In this document: positions 19,972 through 29,680 of the stretch, in pieces
How positions within the stretch are numbered: position 1 is the first letter of the stretch
Layout: every line of letters starts with the position of its first letter
Source of the DNA: an uncultured Gemmatimonadales bacterium
Lineage (GTDB): Bacteria; Gemmatimonadota; Gemmatimonadetes; Palauibacterales; Palauibacteraceae
Direction of reading: 5' to 3'
NCBI GenBank assembly: GCA_963783385.1
Contig: CAWANJ010000006.1
Span: forward strand, 288,001-352,000
DNA: 64,000 nucleotides
Notes under the pieces: generated by a model
The model's database searches: none
Told to the model about the DNA's origin: nothing
The model's input: the letters and a program-made list of their open reading frames with translations, nothing else
Translations under genes and position numbers: made by a program

Positions 19972-21255
19972 TCACTCCTCAGCGTCGAGGATCCGGCGCG
20001 CCGCCCGGCGTCCGCTGTCCATGGCGCCGTGCACCGTGCCACGCCCGGGACCGGAGGCCAGCGCCTCGCCCGCGAAGTAGAGAGTATCCTCGACGGGCTC
20101 GGACAGGACCTCCGCCGCGTCGAGGCCACCCACCGGCACGTAGCCGTAAGCCCCCCGGGTGTAGGGATCCGACTGCCAGTCGTGCGTCCACGCCTCCACG
20201 AGGCGGCTCTCCAGCGCCTCGCGCTCGAGGCCCGGGACGGTGGCCAGCGAGTCGAGAGCGCGCTCGATCACGTACTCGTCCCGTCGCCCCGCCAGCCCGC
20301 GCGCCGAGGGACCCCCGGTCCATCCCGTGAGCTGGACGGTCGAAGGCTCCGGCTCCCCCACGGACGCGCTCCACCACACCGGAAAGTCCCCGTCCAGGCC
20401 GAGTACGAAGCCCGGAAGCCCCACCGGGAGCGGCGTCTCGAGGCGGAGAACGACACGGCACGCCGAGCCCATGGCCAGGCGCTCGAGAGCCCGGCGGGCC
20501 CGGGATGGCTCGGGCTCGAACCGCACGGCCCCGGGCACCCCCGAGGGCGCGTGCAGGACGCCCAGGGGGAGCGTGACCAGGACCCGGGTGGCCCGGTAGG
20601 GACGGTCGCCGGCCTGCACGGTCACCGAGCCGCGCTCCCAGTCGACGCGGGTCACCGGAGAGCCGAGCACGAGCTCGGCGCCGGCGCTCTCGGCGAGGTC
20701 TCGGAGCCGGCCGGGCACGGCGTCGTAGCCGCCCGGCAACCGGAAGCTGCGCTCGGCCTGCTCGGGTCCGGCGCCGATCAGGGAGCGTGCCGACACCCAG
20801 CGGGGGTCGGCCGCGTGGAAGCCCGCCACGAACGCCAGCGCCCGCCGCCTCGCCGCGGCCTGACCCCGCTCTCCGAGGATCCTCCCGGCGAACTCGGCCG
20901 CGGACTCGCCCCGTCGCGCCTCGTCGAGTCGATCGAAGAGCGCCTGGGACCCCGAGCCCTCTGCGGCGGGCCGCCGAAGCCGGCCTTGCTCGAGCTCCCG
21001 GAGCTCGCCCCCGGTCTCCTCGAGCTCCAGGCCGGACGCCTGCGCCAGCGACAGGAGTGCCGGCGGCTCCCCGTGGATGAACTCCGCCCCCAGCTCCACC
21101 GGCCGCCCGTCACCCTGGGGCCGCAAGGTGAAGACCCGTCCTCCCACGCGGTCCCGGGCCTCGAGGACGACCACCTGGCGGCCGGCGCGCGCCAGCTCCG
21201 CCGCCGCCGCCAGTCCGGCCACCCCGGCGCCCAGGACCGCGACGGACCCGCTCAC
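19972..21255 (-). CDS. Flavin monoamine oxidase family protein
   Basis: GAGVAGL, EARDRVGGR, ELGAEFIH, FAGEA..TVHGA..SG. Confidence 0.92.
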   Translation of the reverse strand: MSGSVAVLGAGVAGLAAAAELARAGRQVVVLEARDRVGGRVFTLRPQGDGRPVELGAEFIHGEPPALLSLAQASGLELEETGGELRELEQGRLRRPAAEGSGSQALFDRLDEARRGESAAEFAGRILGERGQAAARRRALAFVAGFHAADPRWVSARSLIGAGPEQAERSFRLPGGYDAVPGRLRDLAESAGAELVLGSPVTRVDWERGSVTVQAGDRPYRATRVLVTLPLGVLHAPSGVPGAVRFEPEPSRARRALERLAMGSACRVVLRLETPLPVGLPGFVLGLDGDFPVWWSASVGEPEPSTVQLTGWTGGPSARGLAGRRDEYVIERALDSLATVPGLEREALESRLVEAWTHDWQSDPYTRGAYGYVPVGGLDAAEVLSEPVEDTLYFAGEALASGPGRGTVHGAMDSGRRAARRILDAEE

Positions 21256-21580
21256 CGGAGCGATCCGGCCCCGGGGAACGGGGAGGGCTGCGGAACGGAG
21301 ATGTTACGCATGATGCGTAGCCATCGTACGAGGGATGGTCCGAGCCGGTCGTTTCGAACACGCGCGACCCGGCCGCGGGCGGCGGTTCCTCCATCCGGCC
21401 GCCATGGGGCTGCGGACGGGGTGTGCGTTCGGTGCGCCGCCCGAGGGAGCGTCTTCCGTTCGGCCGGGCAAGACGCGGGCCGCCTCTCCGGCCGCCAGCC
21501 GGCCGACCCTCGTCCCGGGGCCGATCTCCGTTTACGATCAGCCCCGGCCGGACCGGCCCGTTACTTCGTGGAGGTCAGCC

Positions 21581-22662
21581 ATGTGTACGTCACGCTTCCG
21601 CCCCGTCTTCGCCGCCGCCGCCGCGCTCCTCGTCCTGGTCCCAGGAAGGGGACGCGCCCAGGACCACCCGATCGCGATTGTGATGCACGGCGGAGCCGGC
21701 ACGATCCTCCGCGCGAACATGACGCCGGCGCTGGAGGCGCGATACCGGGCCAGGATGACGGAGGCCCTCGAGGCCGGGTACGCGGTCCTCGAGCGGGGGG
21801 GCCGCGCACCCGACGCGGTGGTCGCCGCCATCTCGGTCCTCGAGGACTCCCCGTTGTTCAACGCGGGCAAGGGCGCTGTGTTCACCGCCGACGGTCACAA
21901 CGAGCTGGACGCCGCCATCATGGACGGCGCCACCCTCAACGCTGGAGGCGTGGCGGCGGTCGAGCACATCGCCCACCCGATCCGGCTGGCGCGACTGGTC
22001 ATGGACAGCTCCAGGCACGTCCTCCTCATGGGCTCGGGGGCCGAGGAGTTCGCGCTGGAGCACGGCATGCGCCTCGTGCCGCACAGCTACTTCTTCACGC
22101 AGGAGCGCTGGGACCAACTCCAGAAGGCGCTGCGCGGTGAGCGGGAGGAGGGAGCGCTGGGCGACACGGCGGGAAGGAGGGGCTCCGGCGGCGGGCGCGG
22201 GGCGGGCGCCGGAAGCGAGGCAGGAGCCCCGTCCCACTTCGGCACCGTGGGCTGCGCCGCGCTGGACCGCTACGGCCATCTGGCGGCGGGCACGTCGACC
22301 GGCGGCCTCACGGCCAAGCGCTACGGGCGAGTCGGAGACTCCCCCCTGATCGGGGCCGGGACATACGCCAACGACTCGACGGTGGCCGAGTCGGGCACGG
22401 GCATCGGCGAGGACTACATGCGCATGGACCTCACCAAGGAGGTGTCGGACCTCATCGCCTACGGGGGCTGGCCGCTCCGCAAGGCGGCCGACTACGAGGT
22501 GAACCAGAAGCTGGTACGGCTCTATGGGAAGAACACGGGAGGGCTGATCGCCCTGGACCGTCAGGGCGACATGCCATGCCGTTCAACACGCCGGGGATGT
22601 ACCGGGGCTACATCGACACCAGCGGGAGGCTGGTGGTGAAGATCTACGCCGACGAGGAGTGA
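21581..22662 (+). CDS. iaaA: Isoaspartyl peptidase / L-asparaginase (Ntn hydrolase) with signal peptide, frameshifted at ~22572
   Basis: HGGAG, LEDSPLFNAGKG, G|TVG autocleavage site, TSTGG, GRVGDSP; the C-terminus MPFNTPGMYRG is in the next frame, ending at TGA 22662. Confidence 0.9.
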
Positions 22663-22668
22663 ACGGAG

Positions 22669-22697
22669 GGAGGCCGGGCCTTCGGGGCCCGGCCTCC
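22669..22697. terminator. GC-rich hairpin between convergent genes
   Basis: GGAGGCCGGGCC-TTCGG-GGCCCGGCCTCC, a perfect 12-bp stem; no U-tract. Confidence 0.6.
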
Positions 22698-22737
22698 GCC
22701 GACCCGGACGCGTCCGTCCGGCGTTCCCTGGCTCCGT

Positions 22738-24210
22738 TCAGACCTTGGCGATGCGGAAGACGGCCAGGCTGCGCATCGCATTGTAGAAGCTGAAGTTCGG
22801 GTTCCCCGTGAGGTCCGCCTCCATCTTCTTCGCCTCGGCGCCCCGCTTCATGGACTGGAGGCACGCGGCCTGCACCGACCGGCCCATGTCGTCCCCGGGC
22901 TCTCCCAGGGCCGTCAGCGCCTCCTCGTGCTGGCCTGCGTTGTGGAGCATCATGGCGCGACCGGTGCGCACGAGGCTCAGGAGTCCGGCGTTCCCCGCCC
23001 CCGTCTTCTCCAGCCGGTCGAGGGCGGCGCCCGCCTCGGATCGATTGGCGCTCGCGTAGGCCAGAGCGGTCCAGGCCTGGTGGCCCGGCGTGTCGGCGCC
23101 GCCGAGGGCGGCCGCTACCGACAAATGATCGTCGATGTCCTTGCCCTTGTTGAACATGGCGTCGGCCACCGCCAGCTCGTGGTGGATCGCGGCCGCCAGC
23201 CCCTTGTTTCCGGACGCCTCGGCGTCACGCGCCGCCGCGGTCAGCCCCGACATCGCCTCCTTCGACTTGCCGTCCATCAGGTACGCGTGGGCCAGGGCGC
23301 GCTCCACCTGGACCCTCGGCGTCCCCTGCGGAGCCGTGGCCAGGGCGTCCTTGATGTGGCTACGGGCTTCCTCGTGCTCGCCGGCCAGCCAGCTCAGCTC
23401 GGCCAGCCCCATCGAGGCCTCGTAGAAGGACGGATCGATCTCGAGGGCCTTCCGATACTCGGCGGCCGCCTGATCGTACTGTCCGTCCCACTGCAGGAGC
23501 TCGGCGTACGAGTCGTGCGGGTTGGGATGGTCCGAGCGCAGCTCGGCGTACTTGCGGACCGCCGCGAGGGCGGCCTCGTGGTCACCGGCCGCCCAGGAGG
23601 CGTAGGCCAGGTTGTTGTAGGCCGGAGCGAAGTCCGGGTGGTCCTGAACGATCGACCGCATCGTCGCGACCTGATCGCTCCCCGGAGCGCCCGGTGCGGT
23701 GAGCTGCGCGAGCTGGAACGCCAGTCGCGCGTCATCCGGCGCCAGTTCGGCCGCGGCGTGGGTCGCCGCGATCGCGCCCGGAAGCCTCCCGGCGTTCCAT
23801 TCCCTCCACGACAGCGCGAGGAACATCTCCTGGGCGGGAGCGTCCTTCAGCATCTCCATGCCGCGCTCGACCTCCCCGTTGCTCTCGTCCGGACTGAGGC
23901 CCGGCGCTCCGAACCCGTACAGCACGTGTGCGAGGCCGAAGCCCGGATCCAGGGACATGGCCTGCTTCAGGTGCGGGACCGCTCCGGCCGGATTGACGTT
24001 GTTGAGCTCGTCCCAGGCCATCCAGAAGTGCTGGACGGCTTCCTTCGAGGAGGACGTCACTGTGAGCGCCTGCGCCGTGCCGGACGCCTGCGCCCGGACC
24101 CCCGGGACGAGGAGACAGGCCAGCAGGGCGGCGACGAGCATGCCCCACATGGGATGGACACGGGTGGAGCGGGGTGGCGCCTCCGGGCGCCGGGAGTGAG
24201 GACGGGACAT
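22738..24210 (-). CDS. Secreted tetratricopeptide repeat protein
   Basis: GGAGG RBS, signal peptide VRA-Q, TPR-like PDFAPAYNNLAY and YRKALEIDPSF. Confidence 0.85.
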   Translation of the reverse strand: MSRPHSRRPEAPPRSTRVHPMWGMLVAALLACLLVPGVRAQASGTAQALTVTSSSKEAVQHFWMAWDELNNVNPAGAVPHLKQAMSLDPGFGLAHVLYGFGAPGLSPDESNGEVERGMEMLKDAPAQEMFLALSWREWNAGRLPGAIAATHAAAELAPDDARLAFQLAQLTAPGAPGSDQVATMRSIVQDHPDFAPAYNNLAYASWAAGDHEAALAAVRKYAELRSDHPNPHDSYAELLQWDGQYDQAAAEYRKALEIDPSFYEASMGLAELSWLAGEHEEARSHIKDALATAPQGTPRVQVERALAHAYLMDGKSKEAMSGLTAAARDAEASGNKGLAAAIHHELAVADAMFNKGKDIDDHLSVAAALGGADTPGHQAWTALAYASANRSEAGAALDRLEKTGAGNAGLLSLVRTGRAMMLHNAGQHEEALTALGEPGDDMGRSVQAACLQSMKRGAEAKKMEADLTGNPNFSFYNAMRSLAVFRIAKV

Positions 24211-24357
24211 TTCGACCTCCTTTGGGATGGCTTGTTCCCGTCCGCAGTCCGCGGCGGGTCAGTGGAGCGGAACAACATAGTTAGGTGGCCCTAATTTGGG
24301 AATACCCCCGCCGTCCCCTCCTGTACGGAGACGCGCCTTCCGCGTATCCTGCGAGCC

Positions 24358-25866
24358 GTGATGCACGACCGAATCATCCGGCTGTTTCGATCCCACTTCG
24401 GGTCGGACCCCGTCACCGTCACGGCGCTGGCGGGCGACGGATCGGCCCGCACCTACCTGAGGCTCATCGGGCCGGACGGGCGGGGAGTCGTGGGAGGCTA
24501 CGGACCCGAGCGCGAGGAGAACCGGGCCTTCGTCGCCTACGCCCGCGCCTTTCGGGAGGCCGGCCTTCCCGTTCCCGACGTCCTGGCGGCGGACCTGGAT
24601 GCGGGCGTGTGGCTGGAGGAGGACCTCGGCGACGTGACCCTGTTCGACGCGCTGCGCGCGGCCCGCGAGCGGGAGCGGACGACCGGGGCCGACGACGCCG
24701 CGAGCACCGGCGGCGCCGGCCGAGCGGCGCTCCCCGCGGAGATCCGCGGCGCATACGGGCGGGTGGTCGACTGGCTGCCACGCTTCCAGGTCGAGGGGCA
24801 CCGGGTCGCGGACTACCGGCTGGCCTATCCACACCGCGCCTTCGACCGGCAGTCCATCCTGTGGGACCTGAACTACTTCAAGTACCACTTCCTCAAGCTG
24901 GCTCACGTCCCCTTCCACGAGGCGCGGCTCGAGCGGGACTTCCGGAGGCTCGCGGCCTTCGTCCTGCGTGCCCCGGCCGACCACTTCCTCTACCGGGACT
25001 TCCAGTCGCGCAACGTGATGCTCCGGGAGGGCGAACCCTGGTTCATCGACTTCCAGGGCGGGCGGCGCGGCGCCCCACAGTACGATTTGGCCTCGCTGCT
25101 CTTCGACGCGAAGGCCGACCTCCCGGCCGTCTTCCGGACGGAGCTCGTGAATCGTTACCTGGATGCGAGGGCGGCCCTCGAGCCCGTGGACCGGAGCGGC
25201 TTCCTGGAGCTGTTTCCGGGCTTCGTGCTCGTTCGGCTCATGCAGGCGATGGGGGCCTACGGGTATCGAGGCTTCTACGAGGGCAAGCCCCGCTTCCTGG
25301 AGAGCGTGCCCTACGCGGCGCGCAATGTGGCCGGCATCCTGGAAGAGGGGCTACCCGTCGAGACGCCGGAGCTCGAGGCCGTCCTCGAGAGGATCGCCGA
25401 GCGCTGGAGCGTCGAGGGGGGCGCGGAGCCGCGTCGTCGCGGCATGACGGTCCACGTCACCAGCTTCAGCTACCGGCGCGGATATCCGTCCGATCCTGCC
25501 GGACACGGCGGCGGCTTCGTGTTCGACTGCCGATCGCTGCCCAACCCCGGCCGCGAACGGGCCTACGTGGAGCTCACGGGACTGGACGAGCCGGTGCAGG
25601 CCTACCTCGAGGCCGAAGCGGTCTGCCGCGCGTTCTTCGAGCACGCGGCCGCCCTGGTCCAGGAGCAGGTGACCAGCTACCGGGCGCGCGGCTTCACCGA
25701 CCTGGCCGTGGCGTTCGGATGCACGGGCGGCCAGCACCGCTCCGTCTACCTGGCCGAGCGCCTCCGGGCCGTCCTGCGGGAGCGCTTCCCGGAGGTGGAC
25801 GTGGACGTGACCCACCGGGAGCGGCCCTTCTGGCCGAACGGCGGGCGGGACACGGCGGGCGCGTGA
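24358..25866 (+). CDS. AmgK-like anomeric sugar kinase (APH family) fused to a RapZ C-terminal domain
   Basis: GDGSARTYLR, YRDFQSRNVM, IDFQG, YDLASLL; C-terminal SFSYRRG, FVFDCRSLPNP, GCTGGQHRSV. Confidence 0.88.
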   Translation: MMHDRIIRLFRSHFGSDPVTVTALAGDGSARTYLRLIGPDGRGVVGGYGPEREENRAFVAYARAFREAGLPVPDVLAADLDAGVWLEEDLGDVTLFDALRAARERERTTGADDAASTGGAGRAALPAEIRGAYGRVVDWLPRFQVEGHRVADYRLAYPHRAFDRQSILWDLNYFKYHFLKLAHVPFHEARLERDFRRLAAFVLRAPADHFLYRDFQSRNVMLREGEPWFIDFQGGRRGAPQYDLASLLFDAKADLPAVFRTELVNRYLDARAALEPVDRSGFLELFPGFVLVRLMQAMGAYGYRGFYEGKPRFLESVPYAARNVAGILEEGLPVETPELEAVLERIAERWSVEGGAEPRRRGMTVHVTSFSYRRGYPSDPAGHGGGFVFDCRSLPNPGRERAYVELTGLDEPVQAYLEAEAVCRAFFEHAAALVQEQVTSYRARGFTDLAVAFGCTGGQHRSVYLAERLRAVLRERFPEVDVDVTHRERPFWPNGGRDTAGA

Positions 25867-26708
25867 GGCTCGCCGACCGGCCGGACGCCATGGTGTTCGC
25901 GGCCGGCCTCGGAACCCGTCTGCGGCCCCTCACCGAACGGGTGCCCAAGGCGCTGGTCGACGTCGGCGGCCAGCCCGCCCTCGGCCGCGTCCTCCGGCGT
26001 CTGGCCGCGGCCGGTGCCGGCCGGATCGTGGTCAACGCCCATCCGTTCGCCGACCGGGTGGAGGCCTACCTGCAGGAGATCTCGGCGGAGCTCCGAACCG
26101 AGAGCCCGGGCCCCGGTCCGCTCCTCCTGCTGTCGCGCGAGCCGGAGCGCCCGCTCGAGACGGGCGGCGGTCTCCTGCGCGCCGCTCCGCTGTTCAACGC
26201 CGACCGTCCCATCCTCCTCCACAACGTCGACGTGCTCACGGGCCTCGACCTCGGCGTCCTCCTCGCGGCCCATCGGGGCTCGGGCGCGCTGGCCACCCTG
26301 GCCGTTCAGGACCGGCCCTCCGCCCGCCGGCTCCTGTTCGACGAGGCCGGGCTCCTGGGCCGCGAGGACGAGCCCCTGCGCGAAGCGCGCGGCGCGGTGG
26401 TCGCTCGGGCCTTCGCGGGGGTGCACGCGGCAGCACCGGAACTGCTGGGCGCCGTGGAAGCGGTGGCGGGAGAGGTGGCCCGCGGGCCACAAGCAGGACG
26501 GACCGCGGTCGGGGCGGGCCCGACCGGGGAAGCGGCGACCGCCCCCGGGGCCGCCCCCGTGTTCTCGATCGTGGATGCCTACCTGGAGCTGGCCGCCCGC
26601 GGCGCCTCCATCCGGCCCCACGACGTCACGGGCGCTCCGTGGTACGAGATCGGAACGCCCGAGCGACTGGAAGAGGCGCGAAGCGCGGTGGAGGCCGGGC
26701 GGGTCTAG
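25863..26708 (+). CDS. MurU-like nucleotidyltransferase
   Basis: AMVFAAGLGTRLRPLT..PKALV, LETGGGL, WYEIGTPE; coupled to the kinase by GTGA. Confidence 0.88.
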   Translation: MRLADRPDAMVFAAGLGTRLRPLTERVPKALVDVGGQPALGRVLRRLAAAGAGRIVVNAHPFADRVEAYLQEISAELRTESPGPGPLLLLSREPERPLETGGGLLRAAPLFNADRPILLHNVDVLTGLDLGVLLAAHRGSGALATLAVQDRPSARRLLFDEAGLLGREDEPLREARGAVVARAFAGVHAAAPELLGAVEAVAGEVARGPQAGRTAVGAGPTGEAATAPGAAPVFSIVDAYLELAARGASIRPHDVTGAPWYEIGTPERLEEARSAVEAGRV

Positions 26709-26727
26709 GGATCGGCCCCGGCGCCTC

Positions 26728-27282
26728 TCAGGAAGAGTCGGCCGTGGCGTGGCCCGCCATCGCGTGGCCGGCCGCGTGGTGGTCTTCCCGCTGGAAGGCG
26801 AGGAAGCGGTGGATGGCCGCGACCGCCTCGGGGTCGCTGGTGGAGATCCGCACCGCGCCACCCCTCGGGAGCTCCTCGAACTCGTAGCGGATCGCGTCTC
26901 GCTTCGCGGTCATCACGTCCGTGCCCGGCACGTCCGCGCGGTCGTGCACGAAGGCGGGGATCCGGAAGTCCCCGGCGGCGAAGGCGGCCGCGATGTGACG
27001 CAGGTGCTCCCGGATGCGCTCGACGCCGGCCGGGTCCTCGACCTCCCGCTGGAGCTCGATCCGTCCGCCATCGGAAAGGTCGTCGAAGTGGTGCGCGGAG
27101 GTGTACTGGTCCACGCCCATGGCCGCCGGCGAGGCGCCGCGCCGCTGGAGCGCGGCGAAGGCGGAATCGGAGTCGGCCCGCGGCGTGTCCGCGCGGTTCC
27201 CGGCCTCGTGCCCTCCGCATCCCAGGAGGGCCGCCGCCAGCCCCAGGGCCATGATCGCCGGAACCCTTCCATCTCGCCGCAT
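26728..27282 (-). CDS. Hypothetical His-rich lipoprotein
   Basis: Lipobox LLGC; GDFRIPAFVH and IHRFLAFQREDHH..H..GH tail; start at 27282 or 27288. Confidence 0.75.
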   Translation of the reverse strand: MRRDGRVPAIMALGLAAALLGCGGHEAGNRADTPRADSDSAFAALQRRGASPAAMGVDQYTSAHHFDDLSDGGRIELQREVEDPAGVERIREHLRHIAAAFAAGDFRIPAFVHDRADVPGTDVMTAKRDAIRYEFEELPRGGAVRISTSDPEAVAAIHRFLAFQREDHHAAGHAMAGHATADSS

Positions 27283-27346
27283 CCCCATCTCCTCCCCGGA
27301 TTCGGTCCGCTGCCTACGTGCTCGATTCCCTGCGTCCCGCCCGCCA

Positions 27347-28540
27347 CTACCCACCGACCCCTCCGAGCGCCCGCTCCAGGTCCGCTACCAGGTCCTCCGC
27401 GTCCTCGACGCCCACGGAGTAACGGATGAGCCCCTCCGGGATGCCCATGGCGGCGCGCTCGGCGGGGGTGCACTCGCAGTGACTCGTGGTCGCGGGCGGG
27501 CCCGCCACCGTCTCCACCGAGCCGAGGTTGGCCGCCAGCCGGGCCCAACACAGCCGCTCCAGCACCCGGCCTACGGCCTCGAGGCTGGACTCCTGGAGCT
27601 CGAAGCTCAGCACGCCTCCGAAGCCGCGCATCTGCCGGCGCGCGATCTCGTGCCCCTCGAACGACTCGAGCCCGGGATAGTGCACGCTGGCCACCGCCGG
27701 GTGGGACTCCAGGAAGCGGGCGACCCGCAGGGCCGTCTCGTTCTGGCGCCCGATCCGCAGGTGGAGCGTCTTCATCCCGCGCAGGAGGAGGTAGGCGGCC
27801 ATCGGGTGCAGCGACGCCCCGTGGATCTCCCTGTAGTGGAAGATCCGCTCGATGAGGGCCGACCCGCCGCAGGCCACGCCCCCGAGCGCGTCGGCGTGCC
27901 CGCCCAGGAACTTGGTGGCGCTGTGCAGGACCAGGTCCGCCCCCAGCTCGAGCGGCTTCTGATTGATGGGCGTGGCGAAGGTGTTGTCCACCATCACGAC
28001 GGCCCCGGCCGCGTGCCCCGCCTCGGCCAGCCGGGCCACGTCCACCACCTTCAGCGTCGGGTTGGTGGGGCTCTCCAGGTAGAGCACCTGGCAGCCGGCC
28101 GACACCTCGCGCTCGATGGCCTCATGGTCGGTGGTGTCACACAGGGCGACCTCGATCCCGAACCGGGGCAGGAACTCTGTGAACAGCCGGTTCGTGCCCC
28201 CGTAGCTGTCCTTGATCGACACGACCCGGTCTCCGGGGGAGAGAATGGCGTATAGGGCGCTGCTGATGATCCCCATGCCGGTGGCCGCGCTGGTGGCGGC
28301 CTCGGCGTCCTCCAGCTCCCGGACCTTCTCCTCGAAGGCGGCGACGGTCGGATTCGAGTTCCGCCCGTAATTGTGTCCCGGCGCCTCGCCCCGCGCCACG
28401 CGCAGCCACTCGTCCAGGTTGTCGTAGCCGAACGAGACACTGTGGACGACCGGCACCTGGGTGGCGTTGGTGTCCAGGCGGCCGGACTCCCCGGCCCATA
28501 CTGACAGGGTGCCGGGACTCGGGCGGCGATCGTCGGGCAT
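27347..28540 (-). CDS. Cystathionine gamma-synthase / Cys-Met metabolism PLP enzyme
   Basis: YGRNSNPT, YLESPTNP, DNTFATP, HSATKFLGGH, RYSVGVED. Confidence 0.93.
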   Translation of the reverse strand: MPDDRRPSPGTLSVWAGESGRLDTNATQVPVVHSVSFGYDNLDEWLRVARGEAPGHNYGRNSNPTVAAFEEKVRELEDAEAATSAATGMGIISSALYAILSPGDRVVSIKDSYGGTNRLFTEFLPRFGIEVALCDTTDHEAIEREVSAGCQVLYLESPTNPTLKVVDVARLAEAGHAAGAVVMVDNTFATPINQKPLELGADLVLHSATKFLGGHADALGGVACGGSALIERIFHYREIHGASLHPMAAYLLLRGMKTLHLRIGRQNETALRVARFLESHPAVASVHYPGLESFEGHEIARRQMRGFGGVLSFELQESSLEAVGRVLERLCWARLAANLGSVETVAGPPATTSHCECTPAERAAMGIPEGLIRYSVGVEDAEDLVADLERALGGVGG

Positions 28541-28623
28541 GGCATCTCCTTCATCGGGCGCGGCGGGACCGGATCGCGCGTGTCGGCCCCGGACAGGGTG
28601 CGCAGCTCCTCCTCGCGAGTCCC

Positions 28624-29577
28624 CTACTCGATCGGGATCCTGTCCCCGTACTTCTCGAGCCACGCGTCGAAGGAGAGCAGGTCCGGGTTCAGGTCCCGGC
28701 TCTCCTCGAGGCTGCGGCGCCCACAGTAGTACTCGTTGAAGTCGCGCTTGAACTGGAACATGTTGCCCAGGTCGTCGGCGCCCGGGAAGCCCAGGCCCCG
28801 GTACACGTCGGGGCTCACCGAGTTGTAGACGACCTCTTCCCCGAGGGCCCGCGTGAGGCCCGCTGCCATCTCGTCACCCGTCAGGTGCCCGCCGGTGATG
28901 CCCACCGTCTTCCCGATGTACCGGTCTCCAGCCTTGAAGATGCCGTAGGCGCACTTGCCGATGTCCTCGACGGCCATCGAGGGGAGCTTCGCGTCGCCCA
29001 TGCACATCGTGAGGGCCAGCTTGCCGTCCGGGCCGCGCTGGGGGCCCGAGCCGAAGTAGATGAAGTTGTCCCAGTAGAACGAGGTCACCAGGAAGGTCGT
29101 CGGCACGCCGGCGTCGGTGAACAGGTGGTTCGCCTCCCCCTTCGCGTCGAAGTGGGGCACCTTGTACTTCTCCATGAGGGTGGGCATGCGGTCGTCGTCG
29201 AGGGGCACCCAGTTGCGCGTGTCCTCGAGCGTGGACCAGATGACGTGCTTCAGCCCCTCCGCCTTCGCCGCCTCGGCCATGTTGGCCGCCTGCGCGAGCT
29301 CCTTCTCGGGCGAGAAGTGCTCCCAGTAATTGGTGACGCAGTAGGCGCCGTACGCGCCTCGGAAGGCGCGCTTCAGGCTCTCCACGTCGTCGAGGTCCGC
29401 CTGGACGACCTCGGCGCCGAGCCGGGCCAGCTCCTTCGCCGCCTCCGAGTCGGGCTTCCGGGTCAGGGCCCGCACGCGGAACCCTCCCTCCGGATCGTCC
29501 AGGATGGCGCGGGCCAGCCCGCCGCCCTGCGCGCCCGTCGCTCCCACGACGGCAATGATCTTCTGCTGCTCGGACAT
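28624..29577 (-). CDS. NmrA/HSCARG family NAD(P)-binding protein
   Basis: VVGATGAQGG, RALTR, VIWSTL, VPHFDAK. Confidence 0.92.
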   Translation of the reverse strand: MSEQQKIIAVVGATGAQGGGLARAILDDPEGGFRVRALTRKPDSEAAKELARLGAEVVQADLDDVESLKRAFRGAYGAYCVTNYWEHFSPEKELAQAANMAEAAKAEGLKHVIWSTLEDTRNWVPLDDDRMPTLMEKYKVPHFDAKGEANHLFTDAGVPTTFLVTSFYWDNFIYFGSGPQRGPDGKLALTMCMGDAKLPSMAVEDIGKCAYGIFKAGDRYIGKTVGITGGHLTGDEMAAGLTRALGEEVVYNSVSPDVYRGLGFPGADDLGNMFQFKRDFNEYYCGRRSLEESRDLNPDLLSFDAWLEKYGDRIPIE

Positions 29578-29680
29578 GGTCCTTCTCCCTGTCGGACGGC
29601 GATCGCTGCAACGCGCACCCACGCGCTATCCTGTCGGGTCTCTCTGTGCCAGCCTCGTGCCAGTATCGGGGCCGCTCACC

